The notes beneath the pieces are model-generated. The model was given only the letters and a program-made list of their open reading frames with translations. It had not been told where the DNA came from and did not search any database. The translations under genes were made by a program, and so were the position numbers. From positions 1 to 55,093 of IMG/VR virus record IMGVR_UViG_3300045993_000169: DNA of 55,093 nt. One strand, 5' to 3'. Of the stretch, positions 42,801 to 52,939 are shown one piece after another; position 1 is the stretch's first letter; each line of letters opens with the position of its first letter. Source of the stretch: a virus. Lineage: Duplodnaviria; Caudoviricetes.

Positions 42801-44458
42801 TTGGCGAAACCGCCAAAGATCTTTCCGATGATTCCGAAGAACGACTTGAGGACTCCGATGACTATAACAATCGGGTCACCAAGTTTGGAGAAGAACTTTG
42901 TCAGACCGTCTCCATCACGAATGGCTGCACGCAGACCAGTAAACCAGTCTCCGATCTTGGCCAACGTGGTCAAGAAGCCGCCGGAGGCACCTGAAGTCAC
43001 TGCACCGAAAAGTCGTGCGAAGAAACCAATGACCTGAACTAAAACCATCCGGCCAATGTCTAGGATGGCGAAGAAACCCTGAAAGACCCGTTTGATCTTA
43101 AAGGCTGTATCTGATCCTATTTTGAGTTTCTCGGTGAAGTGCGCGAAACCTGCCGTAAAGGCATAGAGTTGAGTAACAGTTGTTGCTGGGAAGATGCCAC
43201 GAAAAGCTTCTTTAATTGGAGTAAGGACTGACATCAAGCCCTTGAAGGCATCTCCGATACCCTTGATGAGTAGATCGCGCCCACCCATCTCTTTCCAGCC
43301 ACCGATGAGTGCATTTCGAGACGCGGCTGAGGCACCAATCATTTCACCAATGACATTGTTGACGTTGGTCCACATCTTAGGCGCTTCATTGAAGTCGCCA
43401 AGAATGAGTTCCCAAGTAGCAGCCCAACCAGACTGAGCAGACTCCTGCAGAGTTCCGATTAACTGGGTGCCTGTCTTAACAACAGTCGCGGCTTTCTTTG
43501 CCGTCTGTGCTTGTGCCTGAATAGCCACGATCTGAGATGCAGTAAAACCTTGCGCGGCGAGGTCGGCGTCCTTCAGGTCCCCCGTAAAGGTGGCTAGAGA
43601 GGTCGTCAGGACGTCAGAAGTTAGCCATGACTGTTTGCCCGGCTTTGCCATGATCGAGTCTCTGAACGCCTTGCCGTTGACTGTGACATTCTTCATCGGA
43701 CCGACGAGTTTCACTGCAGAGGCGGGCAACTTACCCATAGCAACAGCAGTTTCGACGAGGTTTCGCTTGAAAATTGTGCCACCCATACCAGCATTAGTCA
43801 CAGAGTTCCAAGACTCGAGTGTGACTTTACCCTCAGAAATTGCCTGAGAAAGTTGGTACATAGCAGTAGAAGCTTGTTGCGAGTTTGAACCCGAGAGTGC
43901 TGCCAAGTTGGCAATACCCTTGATTGAGTTGACCGAAGTCTCCAAGTCAACACCAGCCGCAGTGAACGTACCAATGTTCTTGGCCATCTCACCAAAGTTG
44001 TAGATGGTTTTGTCGGAATATTCGTTCAAGTCATTTAGAGCAGCGCTTACCTGACTAAGATTCGTGCCAGCAGCTTGCGTATTGGCAAGAATCGTCTGAA
44101 TCGAGGTTAGTTTCGTCTCGTACTCAGTCATACCAGACATGATAGGGGCGATAGTCAAAGACTTAGCAAGATTCAAACCTGCAGTAACAGCCTTGTTGAC
44201 AATGTTCGTGAGTGCAGTAATCGCGATAACGGACATCGCTGTAAATTTGGACGCAATCTGGTCGACACCAGTCGAGATGTTCGAAAGATTTAGGCCCTTG
44301 CTGGCCACAGCATTGATGTCGTTGAGGCCTTTGGTAGCACCCTCAAGCTTTAGGCCCGTCTTCAATGCAGTCAGAGACCCAAGCGTGGATCTGATGCCAC
44401 TCTCAAACTGGGCATTGTCGAACTTCATCTGTACAACGCGAGAGTCAATACTGCTCAT
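39896..44458 (-). CDS. tape measure protein
   Basis: about 1520 aa, Ala/Gly-rich with periodic W, C-terminal I.SPS. Confidence 0.95.
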   Translation of the reverse strand: MSSIDSRVVQMKFDNAQFESGIRSTLGSLTALKTGLKLEGATKGLNDINAVASKGLNLSNISTGVDQIASKFTAMSVIAITALTNIVNKAVTAGLNLAKSLTIAPIMSGMTEYETKLTSIQTILANTQAAGTNLSQVSAALNDLNEYSDKTIYNFGEMAKNIGTFTAAGVDLETSVNSIKGIANLAALSGSNSQQASTAMYQLSQAISEGKVTLESWNSVTNAGMGGTIFKRNLVETAVAMGKLPASAVKLVGPMKNVTVNGKAFRDSIMAKPGKQSWLTSDVLTTSLATFTGDLKDADLAAQGFTASQIVAIQAQAQTAKKAATVVKTGTQLIGTLQESAQSGWAATWELILGDFNEAPKMWTNVNNVIGEMIGASAASRNALIGGWKEMGGRDLLIKGIGDAFKGLMSVLTPIKEAFRGIFPATTVTQLYAFTAGFAHFTEKLKIGSDTAFKIKRVFQGFFAILDIGRMVLVQVIGFFARLFGAVTSGASGGFLTTLAKIGDWFTGLRAAIRDGDGLTKFFSKLGDPIVIVIGVLKSFFGIIGKIFGGFANIDTSGFSGGIDALGKRLSPLGKIGEGIAKVWASIGGFMAAAAVTFAPLATAFSTFFSNVGKTIQESFGKIDYATVLDSINTGLLAGLIIMIKKFLGGGGKFGVEVSTDLTGGVLGSIKEAFGGLTETFTTMQQNLKAGTLMKIAIAIGILTLSVVALSMIDSAKLTKALTAISVMMVQLLAAMSVFSKIAGLKGAVQMPVIAAAMILFAVAIDILAIAVTKLAKLSWGELAKGLTGVVVLLGALVLASKGMETNSKGMIRSAAGLILMAIAIRLLVGAVTDLGALSWEELAKGLIGVGVILAALTFFTKFSGADKGGMAQGAGILLMAIGIKILASALTDLSALSWEEIGRGLVAMAGGLAIMAIALKLIPPSSLLSAAAVLVVAASLGMIADALGQMGSMSWEEIAKGLIVLAGSLLIIAVAMNAMTTAIFGAAALIVVAAALQILAPVLMTFGTMPWENIAKALIVLAGALAIIAIAVTAMILAGPGALALIVIAGALAVLTPVLLALGNMEWEAIGKGLFMLAAVFAVIGIAGLLLTPVIPTLLGFGIAVTLLGVGMLFAGAGLMLFATGLTILSVAGVAATAMVVGIVSGLIGLIPMLLTQIGLGIIAFAKVIATGGPAITNAITVVLLSLVTAIARLTPVIISTLVRMLFLLVDTLVKAIPRLVTAGMKLVTGILTGIAKNIGKIVTAAGNIIVNFLNALAKQLPRIVTAGVNVITSFIRGVANNLGKIIQAGANLIIKFINGLTTAINKNSAAIGEAGGRLGIAMVKGMASGLKAMGGVVVDAAKGVASRAFEAAKSFLKINSPSKKFHELGMGMDEGMANGVTDFSHLVSDETENVGRVAIETMRKSISGMADLVSGPIDIVPVITPIIDLSKVQKGAGLIGSLLAAQQISVGATYSTAKDASAGYQSNKTAVAQVVAQATPNDGMTFIQNNNSPKALSSAEIYRQTKNQLSVAKGALAT

Positions 44459-44835
44459 GCTGATGTCACCGCCATCCATACCTTGTTTGCGATTGAGTCA
44501 AATACGGGTCTCATTGCGGGGTTAATGTAGTCCCGTCCTTGAACGTAACCACCAGTTCCTGTGCCATACCCATACTGAAGCATGATAGCCACTGGGAATC
44601 CGCCCTCAATGTTGGTGTTAGTCCAAGATATGGTGTAGATGCCACCGCCGCCACTTACCTGAGAGCCCCAAGACGATGAGGCTAACCGACTGTCAACTGG
44701 GGTTGCTGAGGCCAATGCATTGACCCCTTCTTGTGCGGCTGACTTTAGCACGCTAAGGATGTTAACCTTAGACACTTTAGTAAGAAAGGCTTCCGTCTTG
44801 TTAAAGGAGCCTGAGTGAACAAATGTAATGCCCAT
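44455..44835 (-). CDS. tail completion / HK97 gp10-like protein
   Basis: ATPVDS..SW; YGYGT..G..YI.PA. Confidence 0.7.
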   Translation of the reverse strand: MGITFVHSGSFNKTEAFLTKVSKVNILSVLKSAAQEGVNALASATPVDSRLASSSWGSQVSGGGGIYTISWTNTNIEGGFPVAIMLQYGYGTGTGGYVQGRDYINPAMRPVFDSIANKVWMAVTSA

Positions 44836-44856
44836 TGTGGCTCCTTAATGGTCTAG

Positions 44857-45294
44857 TTAATCTGTTCTATCAAGCTTTCTGATGACAAGACGGATTAAAT
44901 GGTTGAGTTGTGCTTTGTTTGTCTGATCGTGAACTGCCATAAGTTTGACTCCAGTTGCAAGATCCTTCAACGCAGCAATCAATTGAGGTTGGGTCAAAGA
45001 CGTTCCAGCGAACGCTAGCATGTTGTTTGCTGCAGTGATAATGGCGACGTTCTGAGCAGACTCATTGCGATTAATTTCAAGAGCTGTGGTAGCAAGTAGC
45101 GTAATTTCCACACTATTTGTTATAGCAACAGAAGACACCTTAGCGTTTTCTACTGCCGTGTTTGCAGTCTCTTGATCGACTCCAGGTATTGTTATAACCC
45201 ACTCGTCTGGACCGGCGTTTGTTACATAAGCTCCATCGATGTCGATTTGTCCGAAGTAACTTTCCGGGTCACTAGTAACCACTACGTCAGTCAT
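44857..45294 (-). CDS. hypothetical virion-associated protein
   Basis: ORF with RBS in tail module. Confidence 0.6.
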   Translation of the reverse strand: MTDVVVTSDPESYFGQIDIDGAYVTNAGPDEWVITIPGVDQETANTAVENAKVSSVAITNSVEITLLATTALEINRNESAQNVAIITAANNMLAFAGTSLTQPQLIAALKDLATGVKLMAVHDQTNKAQLNHLIRLVIRKLDRTD

Positions 45295-45303
45295 TACGAA
45301 TCC

Positions 45304-45837
45304 TTATCCATGGGCAATCCACATACAAGAAGTAATCGTTGTGTTGGCTCGGTAGATCCAAGCAGTAAAACCTTGTGTTGTAACACCCGTGACTGAGGCG
45401 CCTTGTACTGTTGTTCCTATAACCGATGAGTTCGGCACGATTACAACATTTGGAATAGTTGCAAAAGCTGTAGGAAAAGTCACAACCTTGCTTGTTGCTA
45501 CATTTGTTACTGGTGTAATATCAACAAGTCCAGATTGAGTTTTCTTAATAAGTTGGGCATCTGTATATGCTTTTGCTGCAGTTAGGTTTGCTACATCCTG
45601 ACTCTGAACATAGGTCTGTGTGGTATCGAAAAATGCGTCGTCCTGACTGTCTGCATATGCTCGAATTGCTGTTTCATCAGCAGGAGTACCGGGAAGACCT
45701 CGCAGATTACCGGCGACAACTTGCGAGCCATCATGCTTCGTCAGAACAAGATTGTCTCCAACAACTACTCCATCAACCACAGAAGCCGACTCAATTTCGA
45801 GCATTCGAGCAGCAGTAAGTCCAGTAACGGTAGCCAT
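45304..45837 (-). CDS. minor tail / decoration protein with fibre-tip-like C-terminus
   Basis: QSG..VTFPTAF..P..WIA.G. Confidence 0.65.
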   Translation of the reverse strand: MATVTGLTAARMLEIESASVVDGVVVGDNLVLTKHDGSQVVAGNLRGLPGTPADETAIRAYADSQDDAFFDTTQTYVQSQDVANLTAAKAYTDAQLIKKTQSGLVDITPVTNVATSKVVTFPTAFATIPNVVIVPNSSVIGTTVQGASVTGVTTQGFTAWIYRANTTITSCMWIAHG

Positions 45838-45850
45838 GAGGCCTCCTGTC

Positions 45851-46576
45851 TTATAGAGAGCTGAGAGTATAGCTTGTTTGATCGATCATAACGGCAGTAT
45901 CCCATGTAATCTGGAAAGTCGTGGAATCGAGCATCTGAATTGCTTCGTCTGGTCCTGTCGCAGTGAAAGACCCGTCACCGTTGTCAATAACTCTAAATAG
46001 TGAGTTGACCTCAAATATCTCGAGTACTTCTTCGGGTGTTGGCATTTGAGGCGGTCGTCCCTCGGAGCCATATAGCACATCCTCAAAAGCTGAAACAGTC
46101 CAAGCATATGCTTTTGAGACATCGATAACTAAGTGCGAACTAGCCGAAGCACCATTAATAGGCCTAGCCCTAGTTGTGAAATCCCAACTAAATGCTGATG
46201 CATCTGACTGATCGTACGTGGGTGTATCTGGAGACAGAAGAATGTTGTACACGAGGTGGATCTTGTACGACCTGCTTGTCATCACACTATAACTCAACCC
46301 GAAAGTCTTTTGCCGTCTTGGCACAAGCACGGTTTCATAGAACGACTCAGGATATGTGAAAGCCTCAATCGTACCGGCAAACTCGCCAGCCCTACTGCGA
46401 TTGTCAACCTTCACCCCATCGAGATAGCGAGGTGTTCTATCAGACTCAGTCGGAGCCTCCTGCACAGAAACTAGACCATTCCAAGCCTCACCGGCACCGT
46501 TTGGTGGGTAGAACACGCCACGATCCACGCCATACTCGTAGATTCGATTGTCGTTGCTTTCCCAGTTCAGTCTCAT
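45851..46576 (-). CDS. major tail protein paralog 3
   Basis: YEYGVDRGV..WNGL..EAFTYP..YKIHLVYN. Confidence 0.75.
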   Translation of the reverse strand: MRLNWESNDNRIYEYGVDRGVFYPPNGAGEAWNGLVSVQEAPTESDRTPRYLDGVKVDNRSRAGEFAGTIEAFTYPESFYETVLVPRRQKTFGLSYSVMTSRSYKIHLVYNILLSPDTPTYDQSDASAFSWDFTTRARPINGASASSHLVIDVSKAYAWTVSAFEDVLYGSEGRPPQMPTPEEVLEIFEVNSLFRVIDNGDGSFTATGPDEAIQMLDSTTFQITWDTAVMIDQTSYTLSSL

Positions 46577-46598
46577 GTCAAGACATCCTTAGTTCGTC

Positions 46599-47231
46599 TC
46601 AAGCGAACAGAGTTATGAGTTCGTCTGGACTTGGAAGTCGAGGGTCATTGAACTCTGACCCATAGAGAATATCCTCCAGAGCGATAAGCGTTGCACCAAG
46701 AGTCATTCGTGAGTCAATGACAAGATGTGCTGTTGGCTTATAGCCAGTAATCGATGGCGATAAAGTCGTTATGTCCCAACTCAACGTCGATGGATCTGGT
46801 GAATCGCTGGTTGTGGTGTGCTGTCGGTCCGAAGGCGCTGCCAATGCGTTATAGACAATATGAATCTTGTACGCATGATTCGACATGTCTACGTCGTTAC
46901 CTATCTTCGTTCGATAGGAAAAGTTGAATGACTTTCTAGGCTGTTGGGTAACGAACAGACCGTTTTGGACAGAAACTACACCATCGCAGACAGCAAACTC
47001 TGGCGGATTGTAAAAGGCTTCGAGGTTTGCGGTATACTCTTCGGCTGCAGCAATGTTAAGAAACTTGACACCATCGATGTAGTAGGGCTTTGCTTCTCCT
47101 CCAGACGAAGACTCTGAGATCGAGATCAATCCAGCCCAAGCAACTCCACTGTCAGCGATATAGAGAACCCCGCGGTCAACCCCAGTTTCATAGAATCGCT
47201 CACCTGCCACGCCCCATTCTAGTTTTGCCAC
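46599..47231 (-). CDS. major tail protein paralog 2
   Basis: YETGVDRGV..YKIHIVYN..LEDILYG. Confidence 0.75.
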   Translation of the reverse strand: MAKLEWGVAGERFYETGVDRGVLYIADSGVAWAGLISISESSSGGEAKPYYIDGVKFLNIAAAEEYTANLEAFYNPPEFAVCDGVVSVQNGLFVTQQPRKSFNFSYRTKIGNDVDMSNHAYKIHIVYNALAAPSDRQHTTTSDSPDPSTLSWDITTLSPSITGYKPTAHLVIDSRMTLGATLIALEDILYGSEFNDPRLPSPDELITLFA

Positions 47232-47243
47232 GTCAAGGTCCTC

Positions 47244-47786
47244 CTATCCTGTCGTATTGAGTTTTGCTCTACGTGCTGCGTTAAGATCACGGTTGCGTTG
47301 TCCCAGATCTCGCCGACTCATCTTTTTCTCTGGAGTATTCTTCTGATTGCAGACTCGTACCAAAGTCAACAGACGGTTCAAATGCCAAGTCTGGACCTCG
47401 AACGGGATGCTAAGTGCAACCAACCAGTAGTAGATGATCTCTGCTGTAATGATTTCACGACTATGACTATGGTTGTCTCTCTCGTTAAACCATGTGGCTG
47501 TCATCTTAGCATTAATGTAATCGTTTATCTCTTGGAAATTTTCATTTGAAAGTTTCTGGAAAACCTCCGGAGGAACATTGGGGGTAAGTGCCATAGCAGT
47601 GACATACCACAACGTCTCTTCGGAAGTCTTCTCATCAGGACCTAAGAAAGGCTTCTCAAAGAAAGACTCCCATTTTGAAAGGGACGCCAGAGAGTGCTCC
47701 AACTCCAAGGTAAACGACTCGGAAGTAACAAACTCGTTCTTCTCGTTGTCGAATCCCTCAGACATTGTGACTGTAATTGAAAGCAC
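47244..47786 (-). CDS. tail assembly chaperone (probable)
   Basis: LEHSL.S.SKWES; follows the major tail gene. Confidence 0.6.
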   Translation of the reverse strand: MLSITVTMSEGFDNEKNEFVTSESFTLELEHSLASLSKWESFFEKPFLGPDEKTSEETLWYVTAMALTPNVPPEVFQKLSNENFQEINDYINAKMTATWFNERDNHSHSREIITAEIIYYWLVALSIPFEVQTWHLNRLLTLVRVCNQKNTPEKKMSRRDLGQRNRDLNAARRAKLNTTG

Positions 47787-47813
47787 TCTCTGGCTCCTTT
47801 CTGAATCAGATGA

Positions 47814-48470
47814 CTACGGCAGATCGGTAAACAGAGCGATGACTGCGTCGGGCATCGGAAGAGCCGGTTCCACAGCGAGAACGCCATAGAGGAGATCTTC
47901 CAAAGCCAACAGGTCGGCCGGGTCCACCTTGGTCGAGTCAATTGTAAGAACTGCAGTCGGCTTATGGCCGGTAACGGCGACCGGAGTGGTCGTAATTGCC
48001 CAACTGAACGTCAGCGCTTCAGGAGAATCGTTGATCGTGGCGTATGCCTTCTCAGAAGGGGCCGCCAGAGCGTTGTAGACAAGATGGAGCTTGTACCCTG
48101 CCTCGGTTCCAGTCAGGTCGTCTCCGACCCTCGTACGGTAGGACAGACCGAATGGGGTCCGAGCCTGCTGACCGACGAGAACGCCCTTCTTTGGAGCTGC
48201 CGTGCCGTCACACACCCCGAACTCTTCGGGATAGGTGAATGCCTCGATGGTTCCGCCAAACTCTTCAGCGGAAACGAGGTTCAGATACTTGATGTTGTCG
48301 GCGTACTGAGGACTTGCCTCAGCACCTGAGGGCGACTCGGTAACGGCGGTCAGACCATTCCAAGCAAACCCGGTGTTGTACACACCAGCCACAGGAATGT
48401 AGAGAACGCCGTGATCGACGCCCGTCTCATAGATCCGTTCGCCGGTCTTGTCCCATGTGATAGCCACCAT
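47814..48470 (-). CDS. major tail protein
   Basis: YETGVDHGV..YADNIKY..EAFTYP..LEDLLYG. Confidence 0.85.
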   Translation of the reverse strand: MVAITWDKTGERIYETGVDHGVLYIPVAGVYNTGFAWNGLTAVTESPSGAEASPQYADNIKYLNLVSAEEFGGTIEAFTYPEEFGVCDGTAAPKKGVLVGQQARTPFGLSYRTRVGDDLTGTEAGYKLHLVYNALAAPSEKAYATINDSPEALTFSWAITTTPVAVTGHKPTAVLTIDSTKVDPADLLALEDLLYGVLAVEPALPMPDAVIALFTDLP

Positions 48471-48482
48471 GGTACTTCCTTT

Positions 48483-48788
48483 CTAGAAGTAAAGATTGAA
48501 GACATCGTGGTTGAGGTTGTCTGCCGTAAAGAACCTATTATGGGCACACATAGGCAGGGCGGCGACCTTATCCGGAATCAAACTGTCTGGATTCCGGTCA
48601 ATAACGGTCACCTGATACCGCTTGGTGTAGCGATATGGGTTGTTGCTAGCGAACTGCGCAACCGCGATGTCTCTCATGTAGACAATACACGGATACTGCA
48701 TTTGCACATTGGCTGGTGGTTGGAAGTACACTGACTCAGAACCCAGAATAGTCTCAAGGAGATCCTGGAGTTGTAGCCTTAGGGCCAT
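48483..48788 (-). CDS. tail terminator
   Basis: VYFQPP..YPCIVY motif. Confidence 0.75.
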   Translation of the reverse strand: MALRLQLQDLLETILGSESVYFQPPANVQMQYPCIVYMRDIAVAQFASNNPYRYTKRYQVTVIDRNPDSLIPDKVAALPMCAHNRFFTADNLNHDVFNLYF

Positions 48789-49095
48789 TGTATACACCTC
48801 CCAACCGCAAAAGTAGGCGGGGACTCTCTACGGTAACATCTGAAACTTCCCAAAGAGTCCCCGCCCACTCGACATAGCGAATGGCAAAGAAACGTTCACC
48901 AGCATATGCATCAGCAACGATACTGATGGAATTGCCGACCGTCAGATCATCATTAACCTGTTGGCCATCTTGAAGTTTTCTTGAATTGCGGACGACGTCA
49001 CCATAGTAGTTACGCGCTGTGATGACGTCATCCCAAACTCCATCGGCAATTTCCACAGATTCACCGTATCCAATTGCTCCGTGAAACTTTGCCAT
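48754..49095 (-). CDS. head-tail adaptor / head closure protein
   Basis: position after capsid; conserved-looking motifs. Confidence 0.65.
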   Translation of the reverse strand: MAKFHGAIGYGESVEIADGVWDDVITARNYYGDVVRNSRKLQDGQQVNDDLTVGNSISIVADAYAGERFFAIRYVEWAGTLWEVSDVTVESPRLLLRLGGVYNGPKATTPGSP

Positions 49096-49113
49096 CGTAG
49101 AACTCCTCTTGGA

Positions 49114-51186
49114 CTAGAGGGTGTAGGTGTAGGTCCAGTCGGTGTCCTGATTGTGCACGAAGCTGTAGGTCGCCTGAGGAACGGCGTTGACCTCAGTGGT
49201 CTCCGTGATAACAACCGGTCCAGCAGCCTGCGTGACACCAAGGATCTGGTAGTCAATACCCGCAGTGGTCGGAATCGTGATGGTGTGGTTGACCGGGTTG
49301 TAGGTCGGAACAACCGGCGTGACAACAGTACCCGAAACGCGCTTGACCACAACAGCCGACTTCGGCTTGGTCAGGGCACCCGAGACGCGAGTCTCAATCA
49401 GGTACTTGTACTGGTTGTAGTCGATGTCGAAGTCGTCGAACATTGAGATGCTGCCACCCTTGTCGGCACCGAGGGTGTAGTCAGCAATGTTGACCACGAT
49501 GGCGAAGAGGTCGGGCACGTTCTCCATGACCTCAACAACGACGATCTTCTCGACGCGAAGCGCTGCGGCCAGCTCGACCTCAGTCATGTACAGACGACGG
49601 CCAACCTTGTCCTTGAGCAGGATGAGGTCTGTGAGAACCGAGTCCGTGGTGTAAAGCGTCGGAGTGCCGGTGCCCTTGTAGTAGGTCCGTGCACGCAGAA
49701 TCGCCTCGACGATCGCGTCGCCACTGATGTTGCTGGCAACCGTGATCTGGTGGGCATACATCTCGTCATCGAACGCGATTGGACGAAGGTGGGTCTCGTC
49801 AATCTTGTCCTCAGACTCCGGGTCGCGACCGTCACCGATGAGCACAGCGCGAGCCAGCTCCTCGTCAAGCATGACGCGCATCTCAGCCTTGAGCCAAGAA
49901 ACAACGTCGAGGTCCGTGATGTCGACGATGTCGTCCCGGTCCAGCTTCTGCTTCTTGTAGATCGTGGTCGGAGTGGTCACTCGCTTCAGGAGCTTGATGA
50001 CCTCTTCCTTCTTCAGGCTCGCCTTGACGTAACCCTTCGCACGCGCCTCATCCGCAGTCAGGTCGACCGCAGTGGACTTGATTCGAGAGAACGGGGAGTG
50101 CTTGGCACCGCCGATGACCGACTGCACCCACTCCATACGACGCCCGATGACATCGGGGACTCCGGTGACCGACTGAGCGTCGGGGAACAGGAAGTCAATG
50201 TTCTCGATGCCGTACTCCACAGCGTGAGCGAGGAAGGACTCCTTGTACGAACCCAACCGCTGGGCGTCGTCGACGATCGCCTTGAGCTGGTCGTGAGAGA
50301 GGGTGGGACGCTCCTGCTGGTTGACGCCGTTCTGCTCGAAGACATTGGTCATGTCGACAGTTCCTTCCGTGTGGTTGAGGTTTCCCTCGTTGTTGGTCGT
50401 GCCCTCATCGGCATTGTCGTCAGAGGAGTGTGCGGCGGTACCAGACTGAGCAGCTTCAAGAGCAGCCCCGATCATGAAGTGGACGACATTCTTCTGCTCT
50501 TCAGTGAGCGAGTCGTAGACGTCCTTGACAGTCTTGTCGGAAGACGCCGGAGCATCTCCAGATGCGTGCTCTGCAGTATCGGGCTGTGCCGACTCAACAG
50601 CGTCGCCAATCATGGCGTGCACAACTTCCTTCTGCTCATTGGTGAGAGCATCGTAGACGTCCTGAGGAGTTGCCTCGACAGCGACAGTCTTCTCCTTGGC
50701 GACATCCGCCGTCTTAGACGAGTCGTCATGTTCAAGAGTGAGCCCGGTGTAAATGATTGCCTCCTCTTCGAGCGTTTCGATGTCACCATCGGAATGCGCA
50801 ATAGCGATGTTGTCGATGAGTGCACCCGGATTGGCACCTGAGAGTACGAGACTGACCTCTCGGATGACGCCGTGGAACACCTGCTTGGAACGCTCAACCA
50901 ACTGATTGGCGTAGATGGACAAAGCCACGATGTCCCCGTGCTGGACAAGGGCCTTGGCGTTGGTTCCGCCAGAGTTTGCGTTGAAGAACGCGTATGCGTA
51001 AACGCCATCCGGACGAGCCTCGAGCAGCGCGTGCCCAAGAACATTGGCGGGATCATTGTGGCCATGCTGCCAGACGAGTGGAACCTTCAGTCCGTCCATA
51101 CCCTTGAATGCTTCGGGCATGATGGTCCGACCGTCGGAGCACTTGAGGCCAGCCTTGGTTGCGTAACCGCTAAAATCTGCTCCCAT
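49114..51186 (-). CDS. prohead protease-scaffold-major capsid protein fusion
   Basis: FSGYA, WQH.H, LSI, EVSLV..GANP protease motifs; acidic linker; HK97-like capsid domain; AAGGAG RBS before 51186. Confidence 0.85.
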   Translation of the reverse strand: MGADFSGYATKAGLKCSDGRTIMPEAFKGMDGLKVPLVWQHGHNDPANVLGHALLEARPDGVYAYAFFNANSGGTNAKALVQHGDIVALSIYANQLVERSKQVFHGVIREVSLVLSGANPGALIDNIAIAHSDGDIETLEEEAIIYTGLTLEHDDSSKTADVAKEKTVAVEATPQDVYDALTNEQKEVVHAMIGDAVESAQPDTAEHASGDAPASSDKTVKDVYDSLTEEQKNVVHFMIGAALEAAQSGTAAHSSDDNADEGTTNNEGNLNHTEGTVDMTNVFEQNGVNQQERPTLSHDQLKAIVDDAQRLGSYKESFLAHAVEYGIENIDFLFPDAQSVTGVPDVIGRRMEWVQSVIGGAKHSPFSRIKSTAVDLTADEARAKGYVKASLKKEEVIKLLKRVTTPTTIYKKQKLDRDDIVDITDLDVVSWLKAEMRVMLDEELARAVLIGDGRDPESEDKIDETHLRPIAFDDEMYAHQITVASNISGDAIVEAILRARTYYKGTGTPTLYTTDSVLTDLILLKDKVGRRLYMTEVELAAALRVEKIVVVEVMENVPDLFAIVVNIADYTLGADKGGSISMFDDFDIDYNQYKYLIETRVSGALTKPKSAVVVKRVSGTVVTPVVPTYNPVNHTITIPTTAGIDYQILGVTQAAGPVVITETTEVNAVPQATYSFVHNQDTDWTYTYTL

Positions 51187-51202
51187 TTTGACTGTCTCCT
51201 TC

Positions 51203-52504
51203 CTAACTTGTTTGTACTGAGATTGCTGGCTCCGACGGAACCGGCATGTTGCTGTTGTTGAACCCATTGACCGTTGTTCTGATCGGCTTGGGGATCGGCG
51301 GAGTTGCCGATGGTTGAGGCATGTTGCTGTTCTGGAGCTTGTCGGCCTTTGGATCGGTCGACGGTTTGACACCGATGGCCTGTCTGAGCTCATTCGAACT
51401 CATGACTTCGTTCCGAGCCAACTTATCGGCAATGTCCGCGAACTCTGTGAGAGGTACGAGCTTGAACGGATCTCGGAAGTAGGCAATTGATTGGAGTTGT
51501 GACCGAGCAGTCTTAGTCAGGAAGGTTCGCTTCATGGCTTCAGTGATGGCAGCAAGAACCGGTTCAATCGTTCGGTTCATGTAGTTAAGCATTGCCTTCT
51601 CGTCAGCCGTTCCGTTCATAACCTCCGCTGTTAGACCCAGTTGTGCGTACAACTCCATTGTCAGATAGGTCACCTGAGCAAGCAAGTTGTTCTCGGCTGG
51701 TCGGTTGAGTTGGGTGATCTTCTCGGTACCGTCTGTATAGGCGATCCCGTACTTGCTACCCTTCAACTGGAACTCAACATCCGCACGTCTTTGTTCAGCC
51801 TGTTGCCTACGAGCCTCAGACTTGATGATGTATGGAAGCTGGATGATCAGATCGAGTTTTCCAGAACTAGACGCCTCATCAACAGCATCAAGCATGTTGA
51901 GTTTTCGAATGAGACGACTAAGAGTCGAGTTCTTCTCGTTCATCACCGAGTAAAGTGGATTCTCGACGATTGCAACGAGTCGTTTCTCGAGAGTGAGGTC
52001 CTGCCGGTTGCCAGTGGCTTCGTTATAGAGGCTGACTTTGACGTGACGAGGATACCAAGTCACGACTTCACCAACCCGCATGGTCTTAATGTCGAATGCA
52101 CCTGACGTCGACGGATCGAGTGTAGTATCTACCGGAACGATAGCCACAACACCCTTATCGAAGAGCGTCATCGCGACATCCTGACGGAATGCTCGAGCTG
52201 CTTGGTCTAGATTAGCCTCAATCGTGAGACAGTTATTAAGACCTGTGTCAAGATCTTCGGTATAACGCTTGTCTTTGTCCAGACGAACATGCCGAATATC
52301 GATTGATGCAACATCGATGCTCAACCGCGTATAGATCGAGGAGATGATAGAACGCTCATTCGAATAGCGAAGTCTAACTCGGTCAGGCCGAGCACCATAC
52401 GACGCTACCCCACCTTGCCCGAAAGAATACTCAGCAAATGAATCAGTGGGGGTCTGGTTTGTGAATGCGTTCCATGCATGGGCCAATCTTGCGCCTAATG
52501 CCAT
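51203..52504 (-). CDS. portal protein
   Basis: size and position; TIEP, S.NE.R...G..P motif. Confidence 0.85.
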   Translation of the reverse strand: MALGARLAHAWNAFTNQTPTDSFAEYSFGQGGVASYGARPDRVRLRYSNERSIISSIYTRLSIDVASIDIRHVRLDKDKRYTEDLDTGLNNCLTIEANLDQAARAFRQDVAMTLFDKGVVAIVPVDTTLDPSTSGAFDIKTMRVGEVVTWYPRHVKVSLYNEATGNRQDLTLEKRLVAIVENPLYSVMNEKNSTLSRLIRKLNMLDAVDEASSSGKLDLIIQLPYIIKSEARRQQAEQRRADVEFQLKGSKYGIAYTDGTEKITQLNRPAENNLLAQVTYLTMELYAQLGLTAEVMNGTADEKAMLNYMNRTIEPVLAAITEAMKRTFLTKTARSQLQSIAYFRDPFKLVPLTEFADIADKLARNEVMSSNELRQAIGVKPSTDPKADKLQNSNMPQPSATPPIPKPIRTTVNGFNNSNMPVPSEPAISVQTS

Positions 52505-52540
52505 GAGTCACCTCCTTTCTTAGGATATGGTTGTGGATCA

Positions 52541-52939
52541 TCAGTACATGCTTCGCTTCTGCTTGTACTCGATCCGACGAGACCTGACTGAAGTGCCAGC
52601 CATTACCGTCATGCCATAGGGAAGTAGGAGGATTGATGCTGCTTTCTCACCCTTTGTCATTCGAGCAGCAATGACTCGATCTGGGTTCTTCAGCATCGTC
52701 GCTTTCGTCTCTATTAACTCAAGCTTCGCCTTAGACTGGGCAGCAGAACCTTTCTCCATTGCGTCAGCTACAGCTTTTTGATTCTTGTATTTAGCACGAT
52801 TCTGGCCAACAGTCGCTCGAGCAGTGCGAATCTGAGTTGCAGTCGCTTGTGCTCGAGAATGTTTACCCCACTGCATTCCCATAACGCCATAGTGAGCCAT
52901 AACCTCTTCGATCGGAGGCTTGTCTTCTACCTGTGTCAT
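52541..52939 (-). CDS. head-region protein with HYG..GM.WG N-terminal tag
   Basis: MAHYGVMGMQWG. Confidence 0.7.
   Translation of the reverse strand: MTQVEDKPPIEEVMAHYGVMGMQWGKHSRAQATATQIRTARATVGQNRAKYKNQKAVADAMEKGSAAQSKAKLELIETKATMLKNPDRVIAARMTKGEKAASILLLPYGMTVMAGTSVRSRRIEYKQKRSMY

Noticed and set aside
51187-51393. N-terminal 69 aa of the 759-aa capsid ORF
   Set aside because: Overlaps the portal gene; the RBS-supported start is 51186
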